Below the pieces are notes generated by a model, which worked only from the letters and a program-made list of their open reading frames with translations, searched no databases and was not told where the DNA came from. 64,000 nucleotides of DNA from an uncultured Collinsella sp. (GTDB lineage Bacteria > Actinomycetota > Coriobacteriia > Coriobacteriales > Coriobacteriaceae). Position numbers and translations under genes: made by a program. Shown here piece after piece: positions 8,273-16,656 of this stretch. The stretch's first letter is position 1; each line of letters opens with the position of its first letter. The stretch covers positions 2,143 to 66,142 of the forward strand of contig CABUJH010000002.1 in assembly GCA_902491895.1 (NCBI GenBank). The letters are read 5' to 3'.

Positions 8273-10588
8273 CTACTTGATCTTGGTCGTGCCCGGTGCC
8301 AGGTTGGGGTCGGTCTCGTTGGCCTCGGTCTGGAAGTGCTCGGTGTACACGTTCTTGCCGTCGCGGAACATCTCGTAGTACTGCATCTTGGCGTAATCTT
8401 CGCGCGCCTTGGTGGCGGCTGCGGCGGCGGCATCGTCACCGGTGACGTTGGAGGAAAGCGCCCAGCGCAGGCTGGCGTCCTCGTAGCCCACCGAGTTGAT
8501 GGCGGGCAGCGACTCGCGCAGCGTCATGTGCGCTTTCTGGTAGTCGGTCAGCGGTGCGCCGATCAGCTGCATAAGCTGCGTGGACAGGTAGTTGGTGGAC
8601 AGGTCGTCGACCTCGCTCGTCTGGTCGCAGCCGGCAACGTCGTAGTTGGCCCAGATGATGTAGTCGGTCTGCCACAGACGTTCCTGGTGCGTGGCGTCGT
8701 CTTCGCCGATAAACCACTTGTCGTTGAACTTGGACGGGAAGAACGGCTGGTGGTCGCCCCAGAACACCACGACTACCTTACGGTCGAGCTTGCTCAGGGC
8801 GTTTAGGAAGTAGCGAAGCGCCTGGTCGGACTGCTCGATGCACGAGACATACTCGTCGACATCGGAGAGCGTGCCGTCCTCGACGGTCTTGGCGTCCAGA
8901 TCGGTCGTGTCGATATTCAGGTGCATCTGCTTATCGACCGGCAGCAGACCCGTATCGTAGCCCGAGTGGTTCTGCATGGTCACGTCGAAGATAAACTGCG
9001 GATCGGCGTTCTGGTCGAGCAGCTCAAGAATCTTGTCGTAGGTAGCCTGGTCGGTCACCATGCCGCGCAAGGTGTCGGCTCCCTGGAAATCGTTGATGGA
9101 CAGGAACTGGTCAAAGCCAAAGTCCTTGTAGACGTTCTCGCGGTTCCAGTTGGTTGCGTGATTGGGGTGCATAGCCGTGGTGGAATAGCCGAGCGATTTG
9201 AACTGCTCTGCCAGGTTCCCGGTCGTTTCCATGTTGTAGATGGTGTAGGGGTACACGCCCGAGCCCAGGTTGGCCATGGAGTTGCCGGTCATAAACTCAA
9301 ACTCGGTATTGGCGGTGCCGCCGCCGTAGGCGCTCACGTAGAGCTTGCCGCGGCTGAGGCAGTTGGACAGGCTCTTAAAGTACTGCGGGCCCTCGTAGCC
9401 GGCGCGCATGTTCTGATAGATCGACAGATCCGAGAAGGTCTCGTTCATGATGGCGATGACCGTGGGCTTCTCGCTGTCGAACTGCTCCTTTGCGGCGGTG
9501 CGCTCGTCACTCTTGGCTGCGTCGGACTTGTCGTAGGCCTTGGCGTACTTTTTGAGCGTGGCCTTGGCATCGTCGACGGAGTAGTCGGCGGGTTTGGGCG
9601 GCTTGATGGACTGTGCCGCACTAATAAAGGCAGGCAGGTAGCCCTCGCGCCAGTAGCTCTCGAGCGGGCGCCAGGTGTAGACGGTGATGCCGAGGGTGTT
9701 GTAGTAGTCGATGAGCGTGACATGCGCGGTCACACCGCCCAGGCACAGTACGGCGACGAGCAGGTTGGTGAGCAGCATGCGCTTGGCGTTGGCGGCGCCC
9801 TTCTGACGGTGCGGTGCCACCAGGCCGGCGTACTCGCACAGCAGCATGGCGATGGCGGTAAAGCCCATGGACAGCACGCAGAACAGTGAGATCGAGAAGG
9901 TGTAGCCGGTGCCGGCGACCGCGGCGGCGGTGGAGATGGCCGAAAGGTCGCCCGGCTGGATGGGCATGGATTTAAACGTGATGACGAAGAACTCGGCAAT
10001 GCCCAGGACAAAGAGGGCAAAGGCCAGGACCGCGGGAGCTACGCCGTGGCGCTGGAACAGGAAGAACAGGCCGACCATGAGCACGGTGATGATGGCCCAC
10101 TCGAGCAGGATGCACAGGGGGTAGACCCAGGTAAAGTCGTGGTTGGACGAGACCTCCATGCCCAGCAGCGCAAAGACGCCGGCGAGCAGCAGGCACAGGA
10201 CGGCGGCGACGAGCGGTTTGCCCACAAAGGCGCCGCGCAGGCGGGCGAGCTTGCCGGTGGGGGCGGGGGCGTCGGGCGCGGCGAACGCAAAGACGCGCGG
10301 GGCGATGCGGTCGCGTGCGATGCTGGCCCAAGCGCAGCCGGTGAGGATGGCGTTGGTCAGGATGAGCATCACAAAGGCGAGCGGCTCGTTTTGAGCGACG
10401 AGGCCCACGGCGCCCCAAATAGTCAAAAAGACCTGGAACAGGCCGAAGGCGACACTCCACCCAAGAGCGCTTTTGGCAACGGTGCCCGACTGAGCGCGAA
10501 TGGCCTTGGCCTCGCGCAAGACAAGGTAGACGGTCGCCGCAAGACCGACGAGCGAGATGGCGGCAGCGAACATGCTGAGACTCCTCAC
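8273..10588 (-). CDS. LTA synthase (LtaS)/sulfatase-family membrane protein
   Basis: Multiple N-terminal TM helices; IMNETFSD, GGGTANTEFEFMTG, TMQNH and FWGDHQP motifs. Confidence 0.9.
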   Translation of the reverse strand: MRSLSMFAAAISLVGLAATVYLVLREAKAIRAQSGTVAKSALGWSVAFGLFQVFLTIWGAVGLVAQNEPLAFVMLILTNAILTGCAWASIARDRIAPRVFAFAAPDAPAPTGKLARLRGAFVGKPLVAAVLCLLLAGVFALLGMEVSSNHDFTWVYPLCILLEWAIITVLMVGLFFLFQRHGVAPAVLAFALFVLGIAEFFVITFKSMPIQPGDLSAISTAAAVAGTGYTFSISLFCVLSMGFTAIAMLLCEYAGLVAPHRQKGAANAKRMLLTNLLVAVLCLGGVTAHVTLIDYYNTLGITVYTWRPLESYWREGYLPAFISAAQSIKPPKPADYSVDDAKATLKKYAKAYDKSDAAKSDERTAAKEQFDSEKPTVIAIMNETFSDLSIYQNMRAGYEGPQYFKSLSNCLSRGKLYVSAYGGGTANTEFEFMTGNSMANLGSGVYPYTIYNMETTGNLAEQFKSLGYSTTAMHPNHATNWNRENVYKDFGFDQFLSINDFQGADTLRGMVTDQATYDKILELLDQNADPQFIFDVTMQNHSGYDTGLLPVDKQMHLNIDTTDLDAKTVEDGTLSDVDEYVSCIEQSDQALRYFLNALSKLDRKVVVVFWGDHQPFFPSKFNDKWFIGEDDATHQERLWQTDYIIWANYDVAGCDQTSEVDDLSTNYLSTQLMQLIGAPLTDYQKAHMTLRESLPAINSVGYEDASLRWALSSNVTGDDAAAAAATKAREDYAKMQYYEMFRDGKNVYTEHFQTEANETDPNLAPGTTKIK

Positions 10589-10786
10589 AAACTAAAACGT
10601 ACGAAAGCGGGGGTTTACCCGATTGTTACCAAGATATGCGCTGCAATTGGTGTCTGCGCACAACAACCAGCCATATTAACGCGCACGTGTGACGGTGTGG
10701 CGCAATGTAGTGGCGACCTGCGCGATAATGGACGGGAATTACACGGAAACGTAAAGGCTTCTTAAAGAATTGGCGAGGATGAGGCG

Positions 10787-11656
10787 ATGAACGAACGGGC
10801 TTGTATGACGAGTGCGGGTGACGTGGACGCTGGCATGGACGCGGGCGGCTATCCTGTCGAGACCACGGGCAACGCGGTGCTGGACACGTTGGAGCACCGT
10901 TCGTCTACGCGTGCCTTCGCGCGTGATGACGATGACCGTCCCGTGGCGGTGACCGACGAGCAGCGGGCGGCGATCTTGCATGCGGCGACTCGCGCACCAT
11001 CGGCGGGCGCCATGATGATGTATTCCATCGTGAGCATTCGCGAGCAGGCTACGCTGGACCGTCTGGCCGACCTGTGCGACCACCAGCCCATGATCGCCAA
11101 GGCGCCCTGGGTACTCATATTTGTGGTCGATTATGCCAAGTGGATCGATCTGTTTGAGCACGTGGGCTGCTTTGAGCCCGAGTTTGTCGAGCGCACGGGC
11201 AAGGCGCCCCGCCGCGCGCCGGGTTTGGGCGACTTTGCCATCGCGGCCCAGGACGCCGTGATCGCCGCGCAAAACGCCGTGGTTGCCGCCGAGGCCCTGG
11301 GCCTGGGGAGCTGCTACATCGGTGATATCGTCGAGAATGCCGAGGAAGTTGCCGAGCTGCTCGATCTGCCGCCCTATACCATGCCGCTGTCGATGCTCAT
11401 CATCGGCACGCCCCGTAAGGAGCGCCCGGCAATCGCGCACCCCGTGGTGAACCTGGTGCACGAGGAGCGCTACTGCCGCGCCGATGCTGCGACCATGGAC
11501 GCGCAGGTGGCCGAGATGGACGCGATGTTCCGTCCGCATGCCCGCGAGGTGGGCGAGCGCGTCGTGGACATCTATACCCGCAAGCACACGAGTCCCTTTA
11601 TGGCCGAGATGAGCCGCTCCATGGAGTGGTGGTTCAAAAATTGGCTTGGAAAATGA
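10787..11656 (+). CDS. Nitroreductase family protein (NfsA/Frp-like)
   Basis: HRSSTRAF, RAPSAG, AQNAVVAAEALGLGSCYIG; start uncertain (10787 or 10805). Confidence 0.88.
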   Translation: MNERACMTSAGDVDAGMDAGGYPVETTGNAVLDTLEHRSSTRAFARDDDDRPVAVTDEQRAAILHAATRAPSAGAMMMYSIVSIREQATLDRLADLCDHQPMIAKAPWVLIFVVDYAKWIDLFEHVGCFEPEFVERTGKAPRRAPGLGDFAIAAQDAVIAAQNAVVAAEALGLGSCYIGDIVENAEEVAELLDLPPYTMPLSMLIIGTPRKERPAIAHPVVNLVHEERYCRADAATMDAQVAEMDAMFRPHAREVGERVVDIYTRKHTSPFMAEMSRSMEWWFKNWLGK

Positions 11657-11657
11657 C

Positions 11658-11692
11658 GAATGTGACAAAGGGACAGTCCCTTTGTCACATTC
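11658..11692. repeat. REP-like palindrome
   Basis: GAATGTGACAAAGGGAC-A-GTCCCTTTGTCACATTC, perfect 17-bp arms. Confidence 0.85.
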
Positions 11693-11815
11693 CATATCGC
11701 CGCGGTAGCCTAAAGGCCGTATAAATGTTTATCTAGCTGGGAAAACAGTGCCATTCAAACATAGGCCGATTACCTATAATCCCTTCGAACATTAAAGTTG
11801 GGAGGAAACCGGCTT

Positions 11816-13843
11816 ATGGAACAAAAGGCCAAGGAGGCAGCCTCGCACGCTGCGATTCCTGTGAGCATCTCGGCGATGCTCGTCACGCTGGGCGTGGTGT
11901 ACGGCGATATCGGCACCAGCCCCATGTATGTAACCAAGGCGCTCGTTGCCGGCAACGGCGGCATCGGAAGCGTCACGGAGGAGTTCGTGCTCGGCGCGCT
12001 CTCCCTTGTCGTGTGGACGGTCACGTTGCTGACCACCATCAAGTATGTGCTCATCTCGCTGCGCGCCGATAACCATGGTGAGGGCGGCATCTTTGCCCTG
12101 TACAGCCTGGTCAAGCGTTGCGGCAAGTGGCTTATCATCCCCGCCATGCTGGGTGGCGCCGCGCTGCTCGCCGACGGCATCCTGACGCCGGCCGTTACCG
12201 TTACCACGGCCATCGAGGGCCTGCGCACCATCCCGGCGGTCCATGCCGTGCTGGGCGATGACCAGGGCCGCGTCGTCGCCATTACGCTCGCCATCATCAT
12301 CGTGCTCTTCTTGGTACAGCGCATCGGTACGGCCAAGATCGGTCACGCCTTTGGCCCCATCATGACGCTGTGGTTCCTATTCCTGGGCGGCACGGGTCTG
12401 TTCTTTGTCTTACAGCACCCCGCCGTGCTGCTGTGCCTCAACCCGCTCCGCGGCATCGCCTTTTTGTTGAGCCCCAACAACCACGCGGGCATCATGATTC
12501 TGGGCAGCTGCTTCCTCGCCACCACCGGTGCCGAGGCGCTCTACTCCGACATGGGCCACGTCGGCCGCGGCAACATCTACGCTACCTGGCCGTTCGTTAA
12601 GTGCTGCCTGCTGCTGTCCTATATGGGCCAGGGCGCTTGGCTTATGAACAACGCTGCCAACCCCGAGCTCATGGGCATTGCCGATCTCAACCCGTTCTAC
12701 CAGATGCTCGCCCCGGGCCTGCGCCCGTTTGCCGTCGGCCTTTCTACCGTCGCGGCCATCATTGCCTCGCAGGCGCTCATCACCGGCGCATTCTCGCTGG
12801 TGTCCGAGGCCAGCCGTCTGGACCTCATGCCGCACATGCAGGTCTTCTACCCTGCCGAGACCAAAGGCCAGCTCTACATCCCCATGGTCAACAACGTCAT
12901 GCTTGTCGGCTGCGTCATCGTGGTACTGCTGTTCCAGAACTCGGCGCATATGGAAGCCGCCTACGGCCTTGCCATTACGCTGACTATGATGTGCACCACG
13001 CTGCTGCTCTTCTTCTACCTGCACGAGGAGCGCAAGCTCAAGGTTGCTCCGTGGATCTTCGCGGCCTTCTTCCTTTTGCTCGAAGGCTTCTTCTTCGTGA
13101 GCTCACTCACCAAGTTCTTCCACGGCGGCTACTTCACCATCCTCATGGCTGCACTCATCATGGGCATTATGGTGTGCTGGTACAACGGCACGGCGGTCGA
13201 GCAGCGCCAGTTTACGCTGCTGCCGCTGCGCAGCTACCTGCCGCAGCTCAAGCGCCTGCGCGACGACGACCGTTACGAGCGCATGAGCGACAACGTCGTG
13301 TACCTGACCAAGGACACCCATACCGACTACATCGACCGCGATATCGTCTATTCGATCTTGGACAAGCATCCCAAGCGCGCCCGCGCCTGGTGGTTTGTGA
13401 ATGTCGAGACCATGGACGAGCCGCACACCTTTGCCTATTCGGTCGAGACGTTCGGCACCGACTACGTGTTCCGCGTGCATCTGTACCTGGGCTACAAGAT
13501 CAACCAGCGCGTCAATGCCTACCTGCGTCAGGTTGTTCAGGACCTGGCTGCCACCGGCGAGCTGCCGCCGCAGACGCATGACTACTCGGTCTACAAGGAT
13601 CCGGGTAACATCGGCACGTTCAAGTTCGTCCTGATTCGTAAGCTTCTGGCGCCTGAAAGCGATGTGGAGCCGAGCGAGCGTACGGCCATCACGCTCAAGT
13701 ACATCATTCGCCGCGCCGCCGGCACGCCTGCACGCTGGTACGGCCTGGAGAACTCCAACGTGAGCTTTGAGTACGTGCCGCTGTTCACCAAGTTCAAAGC
13801 CGTGAACAAGATGCAGCGCCTGGCCCCCAACGAGCGGCCGTAG
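11816..13843 (+). CDS. kup: KUP/HAK/KT potassium uptake permease
   Basis: LGVVYGDIGTSPMY, GEGGIFALY, TGAEALYSDMGH, GQLYIP; GGAGG RBS. Confidence 0.95.
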   Translation: MEQKAKEAASHAAIPVSISAMLVTLGVVYGDIGTSPMYVTKALVAGNGGIGSVTEEFVLGALSLVVWTVTLLTTIKYVLISLRADNHGEGGIFALYSLVKRCGKWLIIPAMLGGAALLADGILTPAVTVTTAIEGLRTIPAVHAVLGDDQGRVVAITLAIIIVLFLVQRIGTAKIGHAFGPIMTLWFLFLGGTGLFFVLQHPAVLLCLNPLRGIAFLLSPNNHAGIMILGSCFLATTGAEALYSDMGHVGRGNIYATWPFVKCCLLLSYMGQGAWLMNNAANPELMGIADLNPFYQMLAPGLRPFAVGLSTVAAIIASQALITGAFSLVSEASRLDLMPHMQVFYPAETKGQLYIPMVNNVMLVGCVIVVLLFQNSAHMEAAYGLAITLTMMCTTLLLFFYLHEERKLKVAPWIFAAFFLLLEGFFFVSSLTKFFHGGYFTILMAALIMGIMVCWYNGTAVEQRQFTLLPLRSYLPQLKRLRDDDRYERMSDNVVYLTKDTHTDYIDRDIVYSILDKHPKRARAWWFVNVETMDEPHTFAYSVETFGTDYVFRVHLYLGYKINQRVNAYLRQVVQDLAATGELPPQTHDYSVYKDPGNIGTFKFVLIRKLLAPESDVEPSERTAITLKYIIRRAAGTPARWYGLENSNVSFEYVPLFTKFKAVNKMQRLAPNERP

Positions 13844-13912
13844 TCGACGCTCGAGGTTTGTCTGCGAACGGGCGGGTTTGTATTGACGGGGATTGAGTCC
13901 TGGGAGGAAACC

Positions 13913-14107
13913 ATGGATGCAAAGGTGCTTGACGGTTGCGATCTTGCGACCGAGCTGGTGCGTGAGGTACGCGCCGATGCTGCCGAAGATCGGTTCTTTA
14001 CGAATCGGGCCAACATGGATATGGCCGACCGCGTGATTTCGATCGTGGTGACGGTGCTTGTCGCGGCGTGCGTGTGCGCACTGCTCGCGCACGTGCTGTT
14101 TGTCTAG
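13913..14107 (+). CDS. Small (64 aa) protein with a C-terminal TM helix
   Basis: GGAGGAAACC-ATG RBS; hydrophobic C-terminus VISIVVTVLVAACVCALLAHVLFV; lies between kup and kdpD. Confidence 0.6.
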   Translation: MDAKVLDGCDLATELVREVRADAAEDRFFTNRANMDMADRVISIVVTVLVAACVCALLAHVLFV

Positions 14108-14152
14108 CGACCGCCGGTTGCAAAGGCTATACACTTGGAACCACCACAAGGG

Positions 14153-14190
14153 AAACCACCACAAAGGTGCGTGTCCCTTTGTGGTGGTTT
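14153..14190. repeat. REP-like palindrome variant, possibly also a terminator
   Basis: AAACCACCACAAAGG-TGCGTGTC-CCTTTGTGGTGGTTT; partial arm duplicated at 14139-14152. Confidence 0.6.
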
Positions 14191-14218
14191 TTGTTTTTGA
14201 GAGAGGGGCGGGGCGCTG

Positions 14219-15844
14219 ATGGACGTCCGTACGGACGGCGATATTGCCGATAGCTTTTGGTGGCGGCGCACAACGCTGACGCGCCGCACTCCTCTGTATG
14301 ACGCCTGCGTATCAGTGGGGCTGCTGGTCGCGGCGACGATTGTGGGCGCGCTGCTCGACCATCCGGGTCTCGCGCCGAGCATCATGATCGTCTATGTGTT
14401 CGCCGTTCAGCTGTGCGCATTCTTTACCTGGAGTCGCCTGTATTGCTTGCTGAGCTCGGCTGCCGCCGTGGCGCTCTACAACTTCTTGTTTGTCGACCCG
14501 CGCTACTCGCTGTCGCTTATCGACCGCGGCTATCCCGGCATGTTCTTCATCATGTTCGTGGTCTCGCTTGTGTCGAGCTCGATTGCGTTGGCCCTGCGCC
14601 GCGCCTTGGCACAGGCTGCCGCCAGCGACCGCCGCACGCATATGGTGCTCGAGACCAACCGCATGCTGCAGCGGTGCGCCGATCAGCAACAGATTGTCCA
14701 TGCCATGGCGACGCAGCTGGCGCGTCTTTCGGGCTGTCCGGTCGTGTGGTACAGCGCCGACGCCGAGGGCGATGACCTGCTGCCGCGTGCGACATACACG
14801 GCCGTGGGCGATGCCGCACCGGTGCATGAACTGGCGCCGCAGATGCCGCCGCGGCTCTCGGCGTCCGCCTATGTGGGAACGCCGCTCGACGCCACGTTTG
14901 GCGGCTCGGCGTTTTATGGCATCTACCTGACGGTTCGCACGGGCGACGGCTTCGTCCGCTCGGGCGAACCCGCTTCGGTGGTGGGCGTGCTGGCTATCGT
15001 TGCCGAGCCCGACGTGCTGACGCATGAGGAGCGGACACTTGCCGATGCCATCGTGAGCGAAGGCGAGCTGGCGCTCGACCGCGCCCGCGCCATGGAGGCC
15101 CGCGAGGAAGCGGCGGTGCTCGCCAAAAACGAACAGTTGCGCGCCAACCTGCTGCGCTCCATCTCGCACGATCTGCGTACGCCGCTCACCAGTATTTCGG
15201 GCAATGCCGATGTCCTGCTCGACCAGGGTTCGACCGGCACCGCGGTGCTCGACGCCCAAACGCGCCGCGGCCTGCTTCTATCCATTCGCTCGGATGCGCT
15301 GTGGCTCAACGCCACCGTCGAGAACCTGCTCGCCATCACCAAGCTCGAGGGCGGCGGCATGCATCTGTCGACTACGCTCGAGCTTATGGACGATATCGTC
15401 GAGGAGGCGCTGCGCCACGTAAGTCCGGCCGTGCGCGAGCACGACCTTAAGGTGGTGGCGTGCGACGAGCCGGCGCTCGTCAACGTCGACGCGCGCCTGA
15501 TGGTGCAGCTGGTGGTCAATCTGGTGAACAACGCCATCACCTATACGCCCGCAGGCTCGCATATCGTGATTTCGATTGGCGTCGACGATGGACGCGTGGC
15601 GTGCTCGGTGGCCGATGATGGTCCGGGCATCGCACCCGAGGATCGCGAGCGCATCTTTGAGTCGTTCTACACCGCCAACCATGGCCTGGCCGACAGCCAC
15701 CGTAGTGTGGGCCTGGGGCTTTCGCTCTGCCGCTCCATTGCGCTGGCACATGGCGGTAGCATAGAGGTTACCGCGGCGGATCCGCACGGCTCGGTCTTTA
15801 CGATTGAGCTTCCCGTCGCCGATGTTTCGTTTGATAAGGAGTAG
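14219..15844 (+). CDS. kdpD: KdpD-like sensor histidine kinase (DUF4118 TM + HisKA + HATPase; no N-terminal KdpD/Usp domains)
   Basis: 4-TM region with YNFLFVDPRYSL, EQLRANLLRSISHDLRTPLTSI, NLVNNA, DDGPGI, GLGLSLC. Confidence 0.85.
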   Translation: MDVRTDGDIADSFWWRRTTLTRRTPLYDACVSVGLLVAATIVGALLDHPGLAPSIMIVYVFAVQLCAFFTWSRLYCLLSSAAAVALYNFLFVDPRYSLSLIDRGYPGMFFIMFVVSLVSSSIALALRRALAQAAASDRRTHMVLETNRMLQRCADQQQIVHAMATQLARLSGCPVVWYSADAEGDDLLPRATYTAVGDAAPVHELAPQMPPRLSASAYVGTPLDATFGGSAFYGIYLTVRTGDGFVRSGEPASVVGVLAIVAEPDVLTHEERTLADAIVSEGELALDRARAMEAREEAAVLAKNEQLRANLLRSISHDLRTPLTSISGNADVLLDQGSTGTAVLDAQTRRGLLLSIRSDALWLNATVENLLAITKLEGGGMHLSTTLELMDDIVEEALRHVSPAVREHDLKVVACDEPALVNVDARLMVQLVVNLVNNAITYTPAGSHIVISIGVDDGRVACSVADDGPGIAPEDRERIFESFYTANHGLADSHRSVGLGLSLCRSIALAHGGSIEVTAADPHGSVFTIELPVADVSFDKE

Positions 15845-15848
15845 CGCC

Positions 15849-16562
15849 GTGCCGAACTCTGCCGTAAAACCGCTCATCTTGGTTGTTGAGGACGACCCCG
15901 CTGTCCGCAACCTTATCGTTGCCGCGCTCGAGACGCACGGCTTGCGCCATATGGCCGTGGAGACCGCCCATGCCGCCATCGCCGCTGCCTCGTCGCAGGC
16001 GCCGAGCATCGTGCTACTCGATCTGGGCCTGCCCGATATGGACGGCGTCAAGGTGGTGGAGTCGGTGCGCGCATGGTCGGGCATGCCGATCATCGTGGTT
16101 TCGGCGCGCAGCGAGGACGCGGACAAGATCCGCGCGCTCGATGCCGGTGCCGACGACTACCTGACCAAGCCGTTTTCGGTCGAGGAGCTGCTCGCGCGCA
16201 TTCGTACGACACTCAGGCGCCTTTCGTATGCGCAAACGGGCGGCGTTGCCTCCGAGGGCTCGTTCGATACCGGTGAGCTGCATATCGATTTTGATGCCGG
16301 CATCGCCACGATGGATGGCGAGGAGCTGCATCTGACGCCGATCGAGTACAAACTGCTATGTCTGCTGGCGCATAACGCCGACAAGGTGCTGACGCACCAG
16401 TCTATCCTGCACGAGATTTGGGGTACGGCAACTAAGAGCGACCTGGCGAGCCTGCGTGTCTTTATGGGTACGCTGCGTAAGAAGATAGAGTCCGACCCCG
16501 CGCATCCGCGCTATATCCAAACGCACGTGGGTATCGGCTATCGCCTGGTCACCCAAGGCTAG
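15849..16562 (+). CDS. kdpE: KdpE-like OmpR-family response regulator
   Basis: VVEDD, LLDLGLPDMDG, DDYLTKPF, HLTPIEY, LRKKIESDPAHPRYIQTHVGIGYR. Confidence 0.9.
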   Translation: MPNSAVKPLILVVEDDPAVRNLIVAALETHGLRHMAVETAHAAIAAASSQAPSIVLLDLGLPDMDGVKVVESVRAWSGMPIIVVSARSEDADKIRALDAGADDYLTKPFSVEELLARIRTTLRRLSYAQTGGVASEGSFDTGELHIDFDAGIATMDGEELHLTPIEYKLLCLLAHNADKVLTHQSILHEIWGTATKSDLASLRVFMGTLRKKIESDPAHPRYIQTHVGIGYRLVTQG

Positions 16563-16587
16563 GACGGCGTCCGCCATCCCAATATGA

Positions 16588-16652
16588 GTTGCGGTGAAAT
16601 ACGGTCTAAATTTGCCTAATTCCAGGCAAAGCAGTCCATATTCCACCGCAAC
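16588..16652. repeat. ~64-bp inverted-repeat element, family D, copy 1
   Basis: GTTGCGGTGAAATA...TATTCCACCGCAAC; same ends and length as 46681-46744. Confidence 0.65.
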
Positions 16653-16656
16653 TTTG

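Noticed and set aside
11693..11815. c-di-AMP (ydaO) riboswitch upstream of kup
   Set aside because: The leader is short and I could not recognise the conserved riboswitch sequence.
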